Source of the DNA: Gammaproteobacteria bacterium
Lineage (GTDB): Bacteria; Pseudomonadota; Gammaproteobacteria; UBA6429; Thiohalophilaceae
Direction of reading: 5' to 3'
Assembly: GCA_030148325.1 (NCBI GenBank)
Contig: JASBTR010000145.1
Coordinates: 1,548 to 65,547, forward strand
DNA: 64,000 nucleotides
Shown piece after piece: positions 27,584-37,866 of this stretch. The notes beneath the pieces are model-generated. The model saw nothing but the letters and a program-made list of their open reading frames with translations. It searched no databases and was not told where the DNA came from. The position numbers and the translations under genes are program-made. The stretch's first letter is position 1; each line of letters opens with the position of its first letter.

Positions 27584-27715
27584 ACCACAGAGGACACGGA
27601 GGTCACAGAGTTTGAAAATATGTGCTTTTCTGATTCTCCCGTGAGAATGGGAACCAATATAAAATCACAAAATGCTGGAAATATAATTCTCTGTGACCTC
27701 CGTGTCCTCTGTGGT
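27584..27715. repeat. Word-built palindrome, CACAGAG family: perfect 27-bp arms
   Basis: ACCACAGAGGACACGGAGGTCACAGAG (27584..27610) and its exact reverse complement (27689..27715), between pgeF and rluD. Confidence 0.9.
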
Positions 27716-27741
27716 GCAAATCATTTTTCTTCCAGGTTGTG

Positions 27742-27775
27742 CAGGTTGGGCAGAGCAACGCGAAGCCCAACCTAC
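27742..27775. repeat. GTTGGGC...GCCCAACCTAC hairpin module overlapping the rluD stop
   Basis: AGGTTGGGCAGAGCAACGCGAAGCCCAACCTAC. Related copies at 52161..52244, about 52314..52355 and about 58813..58830. Confidence 0.7.
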
Positions 27776-28731
27776 ATAACTTGTGTCATATCTTCCCGCA
27801 GGGCTTTTAATAACTGTTCCATGTCTTCCGGCATCGGCACTTCCCATTCCATCTGTTCGCCTGTGACGGGGTGTTCCAGGCCCAGCCGGGCGGCATGCAG
27901 GGCCTGGCGATGAAACTTACGTAAGGTCTGCGCCAGTCTGTCACTGCACCGGGGCGGCAGTTTAAGCCTGCCGCCGTAAACCGGGTCACCGATCAGAGGA
28001 TGCTGGATATGCGCCATGTGTACCCGGATCTGGTGGGTGCGGCCGGTTTCCAGGCGCAGGTTGAGCAGGTTGTGGTGGCGGAAACGTTCCTGAATGCGGT
28101 AGTGGGTGATCGCTTCCTTGCCGCTTTCAACTACCGCCATGCGTTTGCGTTGCACAGGGTGTCGGCCAATGGGCGCATCCACGCTGCCGCCACTTACCAG
28201 TACGCCATTGACAACAGCCAGGTATTCGCGCAGGAAGGCGCGCGCCTGCAACTGTTCCACCAGGTATTTCTGTGCCGGCAGGGTGCGCGCCACCACCAGC
28301 AGGCCGGTGGTGTCCTTGTCCAGTCGGTGAACGATGCCGGCGCGTGGCACCTGCGCCAGCTCTGGTGCATGGTGCAGCAGGGCATTCAACATGGTGCCGT
28401 GGCTGTTGCCGGCGGCGGGATGCACCACCAGTCCGGCTGGTTTGTTGATGACCAGAATATGCTCGTCTTCGAAGACAATATCCAGGGGGATGGCTTCGGC
28501 CTGCCAGTGTCCTTCTTCCTCGAGCCGAGCCTGAATCACAACTTCCTCGCCACCATAGACTTTTTCTCGGGCGCGGGCGTGCTGGCCATTGAGGGTGATC
28601 TGGCCGTCTTTGAGCCACTTTTGCAGGCGTGAACGGGAATAATCGGGAAACAGGCCGGCCAGCGCCTGATCCAGACGTTTGCCGTGAACTGTCTCGGGAA
28701 TAGTGGCTTTCAGGGAAATTTGTTCGGGCAT
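27772..28731 (-). CDS. rluD: 23S rRNA pseudouridine synthase RluD
   Basis: S4 domain plus RluA-family catalytic motif HRLDKDTTGLLVVA. Conserved pgeF-rluD/bamD neighbourhood. Confidence 0.9.
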   Translation of the reverse strand: MPEQISLKATIPETVHGKRLDQALAGLFPDYSRSRLQKWLKDGQITLNGQHARAREKVYGGEEVVIQARLEEEGHWQAEAIPLDIVFEDEHILVINKPAGLVVHPAAGNSHGTMLNALLHHAPELAQVPRAGIVHRLDKDTTGLLVVARTLPAQKYLVEQLQARAFLREYLAVVNGVLVSGGSVDAPIGRHPVQRKRMAVVESGKEAITHYRIQERFRHHNLLNLRLETGRTHQIRVHMAHIQHPLIGDPVYGGRLKLPPRCSDRLAQTLRKFHRQALHAARLGLEHPVTGEQMEWEVPMPEDMEQLLKALREDMTQVM

Positions 28732-28841
28732 ATCAGGTGAATTTTTTCTCAGCCAGGTTGAGTTAGGCGTTCATTATACCCGCTATCAACGGTATACTCT
28801 CGACAGGTCCCATTTTCTTTTGTTACTGCATCCGGAATCCC

Positions 28842-29600
28842 ATGTTACGTCTTTTCCCTGTTCTTGTTTTTTTACTGTTTCTCAGCGCCTGCGCCACGGT
28901 GGAGGATGAAGATCCTACCGAGGGGCAGACGGCGGCGGAGGTCTATCGCGATGCCCGTGAATATCTTGATGAAGGCGAATATGAGAGCGCCATCGAGTAT
29001 TATGAACGGCTGGAGTCGCGTTTCCCGTACGGCCCCTATGCGGAACAGGCGCAACTGGAGATCGCCTATACCTACTATCAGGCACAGGAATATGAATCCG
29101 CCATCCTCGCCGCTGAGCGTTTTATCAAGCTCCACCCGGATCACCGCAGTATTGCTTATGCTTATTATTTGCGCGGCCTGGCGCGTTATAACGGCGATCA
29201 GTCGTTTATGGCGCGCTGGTTTAATCAGAATCTGAGCGAGCGCGATCCCAGGTCCATGCGTGAAGCCTTCCGCTATTTCTCTGAACTGGTGACGCGTTTC
29301 CCCGACAGCCGTTATACAAAGGATGCGATTCGCCGGATGCGCCAGCTACGTGATGGTCTGGCGAAATATGAGATGCATGTAGCGAACTATTATGCCCGGC
29401 GCAGCGCTTTTGTTGCTGCTGCCAATCGCGCCAAATATGTCGTGAAACATTATCAGGGGACGTCGGCTGTACCCGAGGCGCTGGCGATTATGGTGAAATC
29501 CTATACTGAGCTGGATTTGCCGGTGCTGGCGCGGGATGCAAGGCGAGTGCTGGAGATGAATTATCCGGAATATCAGGGACGAGGGATGAGTGACGAGTGA
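28842..29600 (+). CDS. bamD: Outer membrane protein assembly factor BamD (lipoprotein, TPR)
   Basis: Lipobox LFLSAC and TPR-like repeats, divergent from rluD. The last residues (GRGMSDE*) lie in a heptamer repeat array. Confidence 0.85.
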   Translation: MLRLFPVLVFLLFLSACATVEDEDPTEGQTAAEVYRDAREYLDEGEYESAIEYYERLESRFPYGPYAEQAQLEIAYTYYQAQEYESAILAAERFIKLHPDHRSIAYAYYLRGLARYNGDQSFMARWFNQNLSERDPRSMREAFRYFSELVTRFPDSRYTKDAIRRMRQLRDGLAKYEMHVANYYARRSAFVAAANRAKYVVKHYQGTSAVPEALAIMVKSYTELDLPVLARDARRVLEMNYPEYQGRGMSDE

Positions 29601-29721
29601 CGAGGGACGAGGGACGAGGGACGAATCAAGCTTAAACAACTATTTCAATCAATCAATCAATCAATAATAATTGAACCACCCGCCTGTTTTCCTCGCCCCT
29701 CGCCCCTCGTCCCTCGTCCCT
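29578..29721. repeat. Heptamer-array palindrome: (GACGAGG/GACGAGT)n arm and (CCTCGYC)n arm
   Basis: Left array 29578..29624 and right array 29691..29721, between convergent bamD and glnB. Confidence 0.9.
29645..29665. repeat. (TCAA)5 tetranucleotide microsatellite in the loop of the heptamer palindrome
   Basis: tcaatcaatcaatcaatcaat read directly. Confidence 0.85.
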
Positions 29722-29726
29722 ATGTT

Positions 29727-30252
<526 letters not shown>

Positions 30253-30322
30253 CCAGCGTAAAGTCTCTGTCCACAGGTGCCATGATTGTCTATTTTTCGT
30301 TAATTTTCAACAGTCTTAAGTT

Positions 30323-31978
30323 TTATGTGCGGTTGCGGCCATAGCCTGAGGTGATGGGATAGCGGCGATCGCGGCCGAAAGCGCGCGGACTGATGCGAAT
30401 TCCCGGCGCCGCCTGACGGCGTTTGTATTCGTTGCGATCCACCAGGTACAGCACTCGTACGACCGTGTCCCGTTCAAAGCCGGCGGCGAGGATGTCCTCC
30501 AGCCCTTCATCCTGTTCCACGTAACGTTCAAGAATGGCATCGAGGATATCGTAGTTTGGCAGACTGTCGCTGTCTTTCTGATCCGGCGCCAGCTCGGCTG
30601 AAGGCGGACGGTCGATTACCCGCTGCGGGATCACCCTGGCTATTCGATTGCGATAATTTGAGAGTTGATAGACCAACGTCTTGGGTACATCCTTGAGCAC
30701 ATCATAGCCGCCGGCCATGTCGCCGTAGAGGGTGGCGTAGCCCACGGCCATTTCACTCTTGTTGCCCGTAGTGAGCAGCATTTTGCCCTTTTTGTTGGAA
30801 ATGGCCATCAGCAGTACGCCACGGCAGCGGGCCTGGATATTTTCTTCCGTGGTGTCCACCGGGCGACCGGCAAACTCTTCTTTCAATATGTCGAGAAAGG
30901 CGTTGAAAGCGGGTTCAATCGGTAGCACATGGTATTCCACTTTCATGCCGCGCGCCTGTTCGGTGGCGTCTTCGATACTCATGTCGGCGGTGTAACGCGA
31001 TGGCATCATCACGACTTCAACGTTTTCCGCCCCCAGTGCATCGACGGCGATGGCCAGGGTCAGGGCGGAGTCGATTCCACCCGAGAGACCAATAACGACG
31101 CCACTAAAACCATTTTTGCGCACAAAGTCATGTACGCCCAGTACCAGCGCCTGATAAATCAGCGCATCCTGATCACGGTGTTCCTGCAGCGGTTGCGTAA
31201 CAACCTGGGGAACCGGTTTTCTGTTTTCGGTATCAAATATTACCGGAAAGACACCACTTTCAAAGTTCGGCATACGCTGTGTTATCCGGCCGTCTGCTGA
31301 CATGACAAAGGATGCGCCATCAAAGACCAGCTCATCCTGACCACCTACCAGATTGGCGTAAAGGATCGGAACGGCGTTTTCACGGACACGTTCACCAATA
31401 ATATGTTCACGCTCCGGTCCCTTGTCCTTATGGAAGGGCGAGGCATTGATATTGATGATCAACTGCGCTCCGTTTGCGCATAATTGTGCTGCCGGTTCGG
31501 GGTGCCAGATGTCTTCACAGATACTGATGCCTACGGCTATGCCCTGAATATCAATGACACAATGTTCATTAGCAGCGATGAAATAACGTTCTTCATCGAA
31601 GACACTGTAATTAGGCAGATAGTGCTTGCGCGCCACAGCGAGGATGTCACCATCACGAATAACGGCCGCCGCGTTATAAACACCCGCCGGCGTTTTTTCT
31701 GCAAAGCCGACAATGACATAAATACCCTGAATTTCGGTTTTCAGGCGCGCCATCGCGGCATCGATGCGTTCATACATGCCCGGGCGCAGGAGCAGATCTT
31801 CCGGCGGATAACCACACAGCGCCAGTTCGGGAAACACCACCGCCTGTGCGCCGAGTTCATCACGCGCCTGGATGGCGGCCGCGATAATAGCCGAAGCATT
31901 GCCATCAATATCACCCACCAGCAGATTGAGCTGGGCGACGGCGATGCACAGAGGGCCAGGGGCGCTAATAGAATTCAT
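30323..31978 (-). CDS. nadE: Glutamine-dependent NAD+ synthetase
   Basis: N-terminal CN-hydrolase domain plus C-terminal NAD synthetase with SGGIDS PP-loop. Confidence 0.9.
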   Translation of the reverse strand: MNSISAPGPLCIAVAQLNLLVGDIDGNASAIIAAAIQARDELGAQAVVFPELALCGYPPEDLLLRPGMYERIDAAMARLKTEIQGIYVIVGFAEKTPAGVYNAAAVIRDGDILAVARKHYLPNYSVFDEERYFIAANEHCVIDIQGIAVGISICEDIWHPEPAAQLCANGAQLIININASPFHKDKGPEREHIIGERVRENAVPILYANLVGGQDELVFDGASFVMSADGRITQRMPNFESGVFPVIFDTENRKPVPQVVTQPLQEHRDQDALIYQALVLGVHDFVRKNGFSGVVIGLSGGIDSALTLAIAVDALGAENVEVVMMPSRYTADMSIEDATEQARGMKVEYHVLPIEPAFNAFLDILKEEFAGRPVDTTEENIQARCRGVLLMAISNKKGKMLLTTGNKSEMAVGYATLYGDMAGGYDVLKDVPKTLVYQLSNYRNRIARVIPQRVIDRPPSAELAPDQKDSDSLPNYDILDAILERYVEQDEGLEDILAAGFERDTVVRVLYLVDRNEYKRRQAAPGIRISPRAFGRDRRYPITSGYGRNRT

Positions 31979-32083
31979 TATTTCAGGCCTGATTGATTGT
32001 TATTTATTTACCACAGAGATGTCTTTGCAGGATACGGTTTCAGTTTGTAATTAGTATTGAACCGCAGCAAGCTACGGGGTTGT

Positions 32084-32955
<872 letters not shown>

Positions 32956-32956
<1 letters not shown>

Positions 32957-34146
32957 TATTGCGCCTCCCCGTGAGCTTCTTCGGCAGCAATGATAATTTT
33001 TCGCGCGGCATCATCCAGACTTTCGGCTGCGTCAATGGCCAGCCCACTTTGCGCCAGCAGGCTTCGCCCGGCTTCAGCGTTAGTGCCTTCCAGACGCACG
33101 ACCACGGGGATTGCCAGGTGGACCTGTTTAACCGCCTGAATAATGCCTTCGGCGATGAGATCGCAGCGCACGATGCCGCCGAAGATGTTGACCAGAATAC
33201 CCTTTACCCGGGGATCAGAAATAATAATTTTGAAAGCCTCGGCGACTTTTTCGGCGGTGGTGCCGCCGCCCACGTCGAGGAAGTTGGCCGGCTGGCCGCC
33301 GCGAAGCTGGATCAGATCCATGGTCGCCATCGCCAGTCCGGCACCGTTGACCATGCAGCCGATGTTGCCGTCGAGGCTTACATAGTTGAGGCCGTGTTCA
33401 GCTGCGCGGGCTTCTTTTTCGTCTTCCTGTGAAATGTCACGCAGGGTGGTGAGATCGGCATGGCGGTAGAGGGCGTTATCATCGATGTTAATTTTTGCAT
33501 CCAGCGCCAGCAGTTCGCCCTGTTTGCTCAGCACCAGCGGGTTGATTTCCAGCAGACTCAGGTCCTTGTCAGTAAACAGGCGGTAGAGCCCGGCCATGAT
33601 CTGGTGAAAGGCTTTGGCCTGTGTGCCCCCATTTTGAGCAAGGCCGAGTGCGAAGGCCAGTTTGCGGCTCTGATAGGGCATCAGGCCGACAGCAGGGTGG
33701 ACGAAGACGGTGAGGATTTTTTCCGGCCGGCTGCGAGCGACTTCCTCGATGTCCATGCCGCCTTCGGTGGACGCCATGAACACGATACGCGAGCGGGCGC
33801 GATCGACCAGCATGCCCAGATAGAGTTCCCGCTCGATGTCACAGGGTGACTCGATCAATACATGATTGACCGGCTGACCCTCGGCGCCGGTTTGCGGGGT
33901 GACCAGATGCGAACCCAGCAGGGAGGCGGCGTAGTCACGCAGCGTATTTTCACTGTCCAGCAGTTTGACGCCCCCGCCCTTACCGCGTCCACCTGCATGC
34001 ACCTGCGCCTTGACTACCCAGCGCGGCGTGCCCAGCGCACGTGCGGCGGTGAGGGCTTCTTCGGGGGTGGCGACGACCCGGCTTTCGGGAACCGGGATGC
34101 CGTGGTCACGGAATAGCTGTTTGGCCTGGTATTCGTGCAGATTCAT
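32956..34146 (-). CDS. sucC: Succinyl-CoA ligase subunit beta
   Basis: [12 protein letters not shown]... begins at the ATG at 34146. The longer track ORF (to 34233) adds a non-homologous N-terminal extension. Confidence 0.95.
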
Positions 34147-34194
34147 ATTATCGACGTTAAGCTCAGCTTGCTGAAAAGCGGTATTGTGGAGCAA

Positions 34195-34277
34195 AAAGGC
34201 GAAAGAGAAAAGATGGCAGGGGAAAAGATACAAAACCGTTTTCCTTTTTACCCTTGCATCTTGTATCTTGTGCCTTT
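34195..34277. repeat. Imperfect palindrome built from CAAGATR words
   Basis: AAAGGCGAAAGAGAAAAGATGGCAGGGG ... CCCTTGCATCTTGTATCTTGTGCCTTT in the sucC / zinc-finger-gene divergent region. A related arm lies at about 39905..39935. Confidence 0.55.
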
Positions 34278-34304
34278 AAATAGTTTAAATTACAGAGAAA
34301 ATTC

Positions 34305-34559
34305 ATGGGCCTGGTTCGTCTTGTCGTTATCCTCATCATCGCCTGGCTGGTTTACAGCCTGACCCGTCGCTGGCTGGCTTCCATTGATCAGAAACGGATT
34401 CAGAAACGGGAGCAGAAAAAACAGGGCGAATCTTCGCGCATTGAAACCATGGTCAGTTGCGCTCTCTGTGACCTGCATATCCCGCAGAACGAAGCCGTGC
34501 AGGCGCAGGGCAAATATTACTGTTGTGCTGAACACAGAAAACGTGCGGAATCCTCATAA
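34305..34559 (+). CDS. Small membrane-anchored zinc-binding protein (PP0621-like), upstream of pilS
   Basis: N-terminal TM helix and C-terminal CALCDLHIPQNEA...GKYYCCAEH cysteine/histidine motif. Confidence 0.5.
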   Translation: MGLVRLVVILIIAWLVYSLTRRWLASIDQKRIQKREQKKQGESSRIETMVSCALCDLHIPQNEAVQAQGKYYCCAEHRKRAESS

Positions 34560-34574
34560 GTTCATCGGCTGAAT

Positions 34575-36206
34575 ATGGGTAATCCACTTAATCAGCTCAA
34601 ACGCAATACGAGCAGGGACAGCCTGGAATATACCTGGCGGCCGCTGGGGTTTTTGAACAAATACCGGCTGCTGATTTCCCTTTTTTTTACGCTTATATTT
34701 GTTCTGGGGCTGCAGTTTCATCCACTGGCCAGCCATAATCCCGATCTATTTTTCTTCACTTCCCTGTTATATCTTATCTTTGCCACGGCATTCATTTTCC
34801 TGTTGCGCTGGCAATGGCCGGGTTTCCAGACCCAGATCTATCTACATGTGAGCATTGATATCCTTGCCACGGTGGTGCTTATGCATGCCAGTGGCGGGGT
34901 CAGCAGCGGTCTGGGTACCCTGCTGATCATCGTTATCGCCGGCGGCAGCATCCTGGTCAGCGGGCGGCGGCAGGCGTTGTTTCTGGCCTCGATTGCTTCG
35001 TTGACGATTCTGGCGGAGGTGGTTTACGACCGGACTGTGGAGACCATGCTGGGAAACAGCTATACCCAGGCCGGGATACTGGGACTGACACTATTCATCA
35101 CCGCCATTGTCGCGCATGCGTTTGCCCGGCGAATCCGCGAGAGTGAGGAACTGGCGACTCGGCGCGGTGTGGATCTGGCTAATATGGCGGAACTGACTGA
35201 GCATATTATCCAGCGTATGCAGACTGGCATCGTGGTGATTGACAATAGCGAAGTGGTGCGCCTGATGAATGAATCTGCCTGGCACATGTTTGGTATGCCT
35301 TCTATTGCCAGTGATCCCGTACTCGAAAAGATCTCGCCGCCACTGGCGGACGCTTTCCAGAAATGGCAACAGCAGCCGGATATGAAGCTGCAGGGCTTCG
35401 CGTTAAGCACGGAATATCACAACATCGCGCCGCGTTTTGCCCGTATCGGACAGGATAAGAATAGCGGTGTGCTGATTTTTCTCGAAGATGCGTCGTCGGT
35501 GACGCAACGGGCGCAGCAGTTGCAGCTGGCCTCCTTAGGTCGACTGACGGCGAGTATAGCCCATGAGATTCGCAATCCGCTGGGGGCGATCAGCCATGCG
35601 GGTCAACTGCTGGCTGAATCGCCTAACCTGGATGAGCATGATCAGCGCCTGACGCGGATCATCAGCGATCAGTCACAGCGCATGAATACGATTATCGAAA
35701 GTATCATGCAACTGGGGCGGCGGGATCATTCTCGTCCCGAGGTGTTCAGACTGAATGATTTTCTGCAACGTTTTGTCAATGATTTCATGCTGGTACATCT
35801 GGATGAGCAGGACCAGGTAAAAATCGAGGTCAATCCGGAAGATATCGAAATTCGTTTTGACAGCACTCACCTGCAGCAGATTCTCACCAACCTGTGTGAA
35901 AATGGCCTGCGTCACAGTCAGGGCTATCAGGGCGGCCCCCGGCTGGAACTGCGCGGCGGTATGGTGCACGATCAGCAACGACCGTTTCTGGATGTAATTG
36001 ATCACGGCCCGGGTATTCCTGCGGACACCGCTGAACATATTTTTGAGCCGTTTTATACCACCTCGAATGCCGGTTCCGTGCTGGGATTGTATATTTCACG
36101 GGAACTGGCGGAGTGCAATCAGGCGAATGTGAAATATATCCCGGTTGCCACCGGCGGCAGCTGTTTTCGCATCAGTTTTCAGGATCCGCGCCGACAAATG
36201 AGTTAA
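34575..36206 (+). CDS. pilS: Sensor histidine kinase PilS
   Basis: Six N-terminal TM segments, PAS-like linker, H-box SIAHEIRNPL, HATPase N/G boxes. Immediately upstream of pilR. Confidence 0.85.
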   Translation: MGNPLNQLKRNTSRDSLEYTWRPLGFLNKYRLLISLFFTLIFVLGLQFHPLASHNPDLFFFTSLLYLIFATAFIFLLRWQWPGFQTQIYLHVSIDILATVVLMHASGGVSSGLGTLLIIVIAGGSILVSGRRQALFLASIASLTILAEVVYDRTVETMLGNSYTQAGILGLTLFITAIVAHAFARRIRESEELATRRGVDLANMAELTEHIIQRMQTGIVVIDNSEVVRLMNESAWHMFGMPSIASDPVLEKISPPLADAFQKWQQQPDMKLQGFALSTEYHNIAPRFARIGQDKNSGVLIFLEDASSVTQRAQQLQLASLGRLTASIAHEIRNPLGAISHAGQLLAESPNLDEHDQRLTRIISDQSQRMNTIIESIMQLGRRDHSRPEVFRLNDFLQRFVNDFMLVHLDEQDQVKIEVNPEDIEIRFDSTHLQQILTNLCENGLRHSQGYQGGPRLELRGGMVHDQQRPFLDVIDHGPGIPADTAEHIFEPFYTTSNAGSVLGLYISRELAECNQANVKYIPVATGGSCFRISFQDPRRQMS

Positions 36207-36230
36207 CAGGAAAGATAACGAGATTTCAGA

Positions 36231-37577
36231 GTGAGCAAAGATTACCTGGCCTTAATCATTGATGATGAACCCGACATCATCGAATTACTGGAGATTACGC
36301 TCTCACGCATGGGCGTGAGTTGCCGCTGCGCGAAAAATCTGGCCGAAGCGCGTAAGCTGCTGGCAGCGGAGAGTTTTAACCTTTGTCTGTCCGACATGCG
36401 TTTGCCCGACGGAGACGGCATTGACTTTGTACGCCATATCCAGAAAACCGCGCCGCAGGTGCCGGTGGCCATGATCACCGCGCATGGCAATATGGAAACG
36501 GCTATCGAGACGCTCAAGGCCGGCGCCTTTGATTTTGTTTCCAAGCCGGTCGATTTGAAAGTTCTGCGCAATCTGGTGAAAAGTGCGTTGAAGCTGGCTG
36601 AGCGACCGAAACCGGGGTCGGGTCAGTCCATTTTGCTGGGCAATTCAGCCGTCATGGAGAAAACTCGGCAAATTATCAGCAAGCTGGCTCGTTCACAGGC
36701 GCCGGTATATATCAGTGGCCCCTCCGGCGCAGGTAAGGAGCTGGCGGCACGCCTGATTCATGAACAGGGGCCGCGTGCGGATCAGCCTTTTGTGCCTGTT
36801 AACTGTGGCGCGATTCCGCCGGAGCTGATGGAAAGTGAATTTTTCGGTCACAGGAAAGGTAGTTTCACCGGTGCCACCAGCGACAAGGAAGGCCTGTTTC
36901 AGGCCGCCAGTGGCGGTACCCTGTTTCTTGATGAAGTCGCGGATTTGCCACTGAACATGCAGGTCAAATTGCTGCGCGCGATCCAGGAAATGGCGGTGCG
37001 ACCGGTGGGTATGCAGTCGGAAGTTGCAGTAGATGTGCGTATCCTCAGCGCCACCCACAGGCCGCTGGCGAAAATGGTAGAGGCGGCTGATTTCCGCCAG
37101 GACCTGTATTACCGTATCAATGTAATTGAACTGCCCATGCCCTGGCTGCACCAGCGCACGGAAGACATTCCCATCCTGGTGGAACATCTGCTACGAAAGA
37201 TTTCCAGCAACTGGGGAAGCCCGCACCCGCGGATCAGCAAGTCGGCATTGGAGGCTTTGCAGGGCTATCGTTTTCCCGGTAACGTGCGTGAGCTGGAAAA
37301 TATTCTGGAACGGGCCATGACCCTGTGTGAGGGCAATACTATTCAGGTCACTGATTTGCACTTGCCCGAGTCCAGCCCGGATTTCACCGACACGGTCATC
37401 ATCGATAATGCGGCCGGATTGGAACAGGGACTGGACCCGGCGTTGAATAATCAGGAGCGGGAAGCCATTATCAAGGCGCTGGAACAGACTCGCTACAACA
37501 AGACTGCCGCCGCAAAACTGCTGGGGATTTCTTTTCGGGCGTTGCGCTACCGGATCAAGAAGCTGGGTATTGAATAA
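36231..37577 (+). CDS. pilR: Sigma-54-dependent response regulator PilR
   Basis: REC domain (D54-type SDMRLPDGDG), AAA+ domain with GAFTGA-like ESEFFGHRKGSFTGA, and C-terminal Fis-type HTH. Confidence 0.85.
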   Translation: MSKDYLALIIDDEPDIIELLEITLSRMGVSCRCAKNLAEARKLLAAESFNLCLSDMRLPDGDGIDFVRHIQKTAPQVPVAMITAHGNMETAIETLKAGAFDFVSKPVDLKVLRNLVKSALKLAERPKPGSGQSILLGNSAVMEKTRQIISKLARSQAPVYISGPSGAGKELAARLIHEQGPRADQPFVPVNCGAIPPELMESEFFGHRKGSFTGATSDKEGLFQAASGGTLFLDEVADLPLNMQVKLLRAIQEMAVRPVGMQSEVAVDVRILSATHRPLAKMVEAADFRQDLYYRINVIELPMPWLHQRTEDIPILVEHLLRKISSNWGSPHPRISKSALEALQGYRFPGNVRELENILERAMTLCEGNTIQVTDLHLPESSPDFTDTVIIDNAAGLEQGLDPALNNQEREAIIKALEQTRYNKTAAAKLLGISFRALRYRIKKLGIE

Positions 37578-37605
37578 GGTTTTGGAAACATAACCAACTT
37601 TTTTC

Positions 37606-37828
37606 AACGCAAAGACGCAAAGACAGCAAAGGAGTTCTTAATCTTTATGGGTTTAATTTCCCATAGCTTGCTGTGATTAATATTAACCACCAGGACGCAA
37701 AGGACGCCAAGTTTTAGCCAAACAATTCCTGGCGTCCTTTGCGTCCTGGTGGTTCAGATTGTTCCTTCGACTAATACCCCGTAGCTTGCGGCGGGGTTGT
37801 TTATTTAAATACTTTGCGTCTTTGCATT
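37606..37828. repeat. Nested composite: outer CGCAAAG arms enclosing shared modules and a 27-bp-arm hairpin (37685..37754)
   Basis: Outer AACGCAAAGACGCAAAG / CTTTGCGTCTTTGCATT. Inner AACCACCAGGACGCAAAGGACGCCAAG-loop-CCTGGCGTCCTTTGCGTCCTGGTGGTT. Confidence 0.85.
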
Positions 37829-37866
37829 AATGTCTTTTTCTATTTCATAATAAAATATTAAAAATC

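Noticed and set aside
29578-29721. Could the heptamer or word arrays be CRISPR arrays?
   Set aside because: The units are 7-9 nt and directly tandem, with no unique spacers of regular length. The arrays occur as inverted pairs. No cas genes are in the window.
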